A DNA stretch of 64,000 nucleotides from positions 1,646,115-1,710,114 of the forward strand of contig MU053365.1 of assembly GCA_013239625.1 (NCBI GenBank). The letters run 5' to 3'. This document shows positions 62,201-64,000 of this stretch, piece after piece. Made by a program: the position numbers and the translations under genes. The notes beneath the pieces were generated by a model. The model was not told the origin of the DNA. It worked only from the letters and a program-made list of their open reading frames with translations, and did not search any database. Origin of the DNA: Lama guanicoe (taxonomy: Eukaryota). Within the stretch, counting starts at the first letter, position 1, and each line of letters starts with the position of its first letter.

Positions 62201-64000
62201 AAGCAGTGTCCTTTTCCAGAATCATTTACCTGAACTCCAAACCAGGAGTAATGCCAGCACCTCTTAGGAAGCAGGAGGCAGGGAAAGCAGAGGATGCAGG
62301 GTTGCAGGATGGAGAAGTCAGGAATGCTATTCCTACTCAGCCCCTGGATGGAAAAGTGCCCTGCCCACCCCACCCCATTCCAACCCATACAATTCTATCC
62401 TGCTCCTGCTGGGATCAGCCTCGGAGTGGCCACAAGCATTCCTTTGAGGACCTGGGCTTTACCCTGTCTCCTCCATCCCTGCCTGAGTGAATGCTCCCTT
62501 CCCCTGCTGCAGGTCAACACAGGGAATTTCAGGCCTGAGAGGGAGCATGGACCCTCAGACTCACATACCACAGCCCTGCACCTCCCAACCCTTTCTAAGA
62601 GGTACCCACCTCACCTCCAGGCCCAGTGAATAATCTGAGTATGTGCAGGAACTGGGAGACAGAAGGGGAACCATTCAGGAGGTGGTGAATCTTCTTGTGG
62701 ATACTCCCAGAGAGAACTGTCCAAGGAATTAACCATCAGAGGCTAAGGAGTGGGAGGAGTCTACTCTGGAGCTGCCCCAGGGCATGCATTCCAAACTTCT
62801 CAGTATCCAGAAGGAACTTCTTGTTCCCTTAGGTAGCACAGGTCTAGGGTTTCCTAAAACAAGGAGAGCCCCTCCCTTCCCTCTGATGCTGGATTTCCCA
62901 GACATCCCTCAGAAATCCATTCATTAAGAGGGCTCTTTCATACCATTTCATTCCAATGCACCCACCTCCTTTCCTGGATTACAGAGCAATTAACTGGTTA
63001 ATGTGTTAAGAGAAGGGGAAGAAATGCTAAGGAGCTATTCCCAGGACTGACAGGAGGCTTGTTGGAGGAGCCTCCACAGCTCAACATGCCCCGAAGTGGC
63101 TGCCACAAGCAGTAGTTGCCACTGTCACATCAACCCCTGAGAGGGCATGTCCAGGCTTCTCCATTTGCCCCACATGCCATTTGTTTCCTTCTTCCTCTAC
63201 CTCCTTGTCCCTCCTTGTGGAGATGACTGCTCCCCTCTGAGCATGTCTCCCTTCAGGCTCTTTCTGTCCAACCTCTGGCTCCTCAGCCTTCCTTGGAGAT
63301 TGCATCACAAAACCAAGTGCTGATGGAACTTTGCGGATGGACATGGGAAGTTGAAAGACTTAAAAACGCAAAGTTGGAATGATGGGATCATTTAACAAAT
63401 GCGGATCCAGCACTCATTTCTCTAGGACAGGGGCTGTGCTATGTGCTGGGCGTATACACATCAGCACTCTCAGAGGTCCTTCGCTCCTCTCAGGGATAGT
63501 CAGAAAATAAGCCAAGACTAGAAGGACAAGAATATTTATTGGGGTCATCAATATGATGGGAAAATATAACTACTTAAGATGAAATGAGTGACTGACTGGG
63601 AATAGGTGGATCCAGAAATACCTACTTTCTCTTTTCTTTTAAGAACAATGCAAAAGGAAGATACATGGATAATTATAAATTAAAGTTTCAAAACAACTAA
63701 AACAATAATGTCTTAAAAGATTTACATTATATATAGAAGTAAATTATAGGACAAAAATGGAAGAGAAAACAGGAAGGAATAAAGGAAGATAAACTCTTTC
63801 TAGGTACTTTCCACTTGTGGTAAAAGTATTAGCTTAAGTTAAACTGTAATAAGTCACTGTCACATATTTTAACCACTAGGGAAACCATAAAATAATAACA
63901 TAAGAGCATGAAAATTGAAAGCAGATAGAGAAAAAATGGAATAATGGAAAAAATATTTGGTTAGTCCAAAAGCAGGCAGGATAGGAGGAATCAATTGGCA

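Noticed and set aside
61939..62629. Plus-strand 183-aa and 111-aa ORFs
   Set aside because: No recognisable homology; the signal here is on the minus strand (Gypsy-like RT), and higher GC reduces stop frequency.

Overview
AT-rich, repeat-dense mammalian genomic DNA with no intact protein-coding gene. A tRNA-derived SINE at about 21.2 kb resembles camelid vic-1, which suggests a camelid. The main content is a dispersed, same-strand (+) cluster of ten related ~130-bp fold-back elements between 17 kb and 60.4 kb. By recall, they match the X-linked, testis/germline miR-506~514 family (human Xq27.3, between SLITRK2 and FMR1, reported to derive from the MER91C DNA transposon). The recognisable order is 509-like, 514/510-like, 508, 507, 506, 513, which is the human transcriptional order. 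The cluster also holds two further well-paired hairpins (a 507 paralogue at 17.1 kb and an unassigned one at 28.9 kb), two decayed hairpins and two 'empty' units whose hairpin is missing at retroelement insertion points. Each hairpin sits in a larger ancient duplicated unit with a shared 3' flank, and several units include C-poor G/T tracts. Also present are a disrupted copy of the first ~100 codons of MCM9 that appears to run into a GT donor, a decayed Ty3/Gypsy reverse transcriptase remnant, ERV-L remnants, and many L1, L2 and MaLR/ERV LTR fragments. All family names come from recall of known sequences and manual alignment; no database search or folding program was run. Repeat boundaries are approximate.
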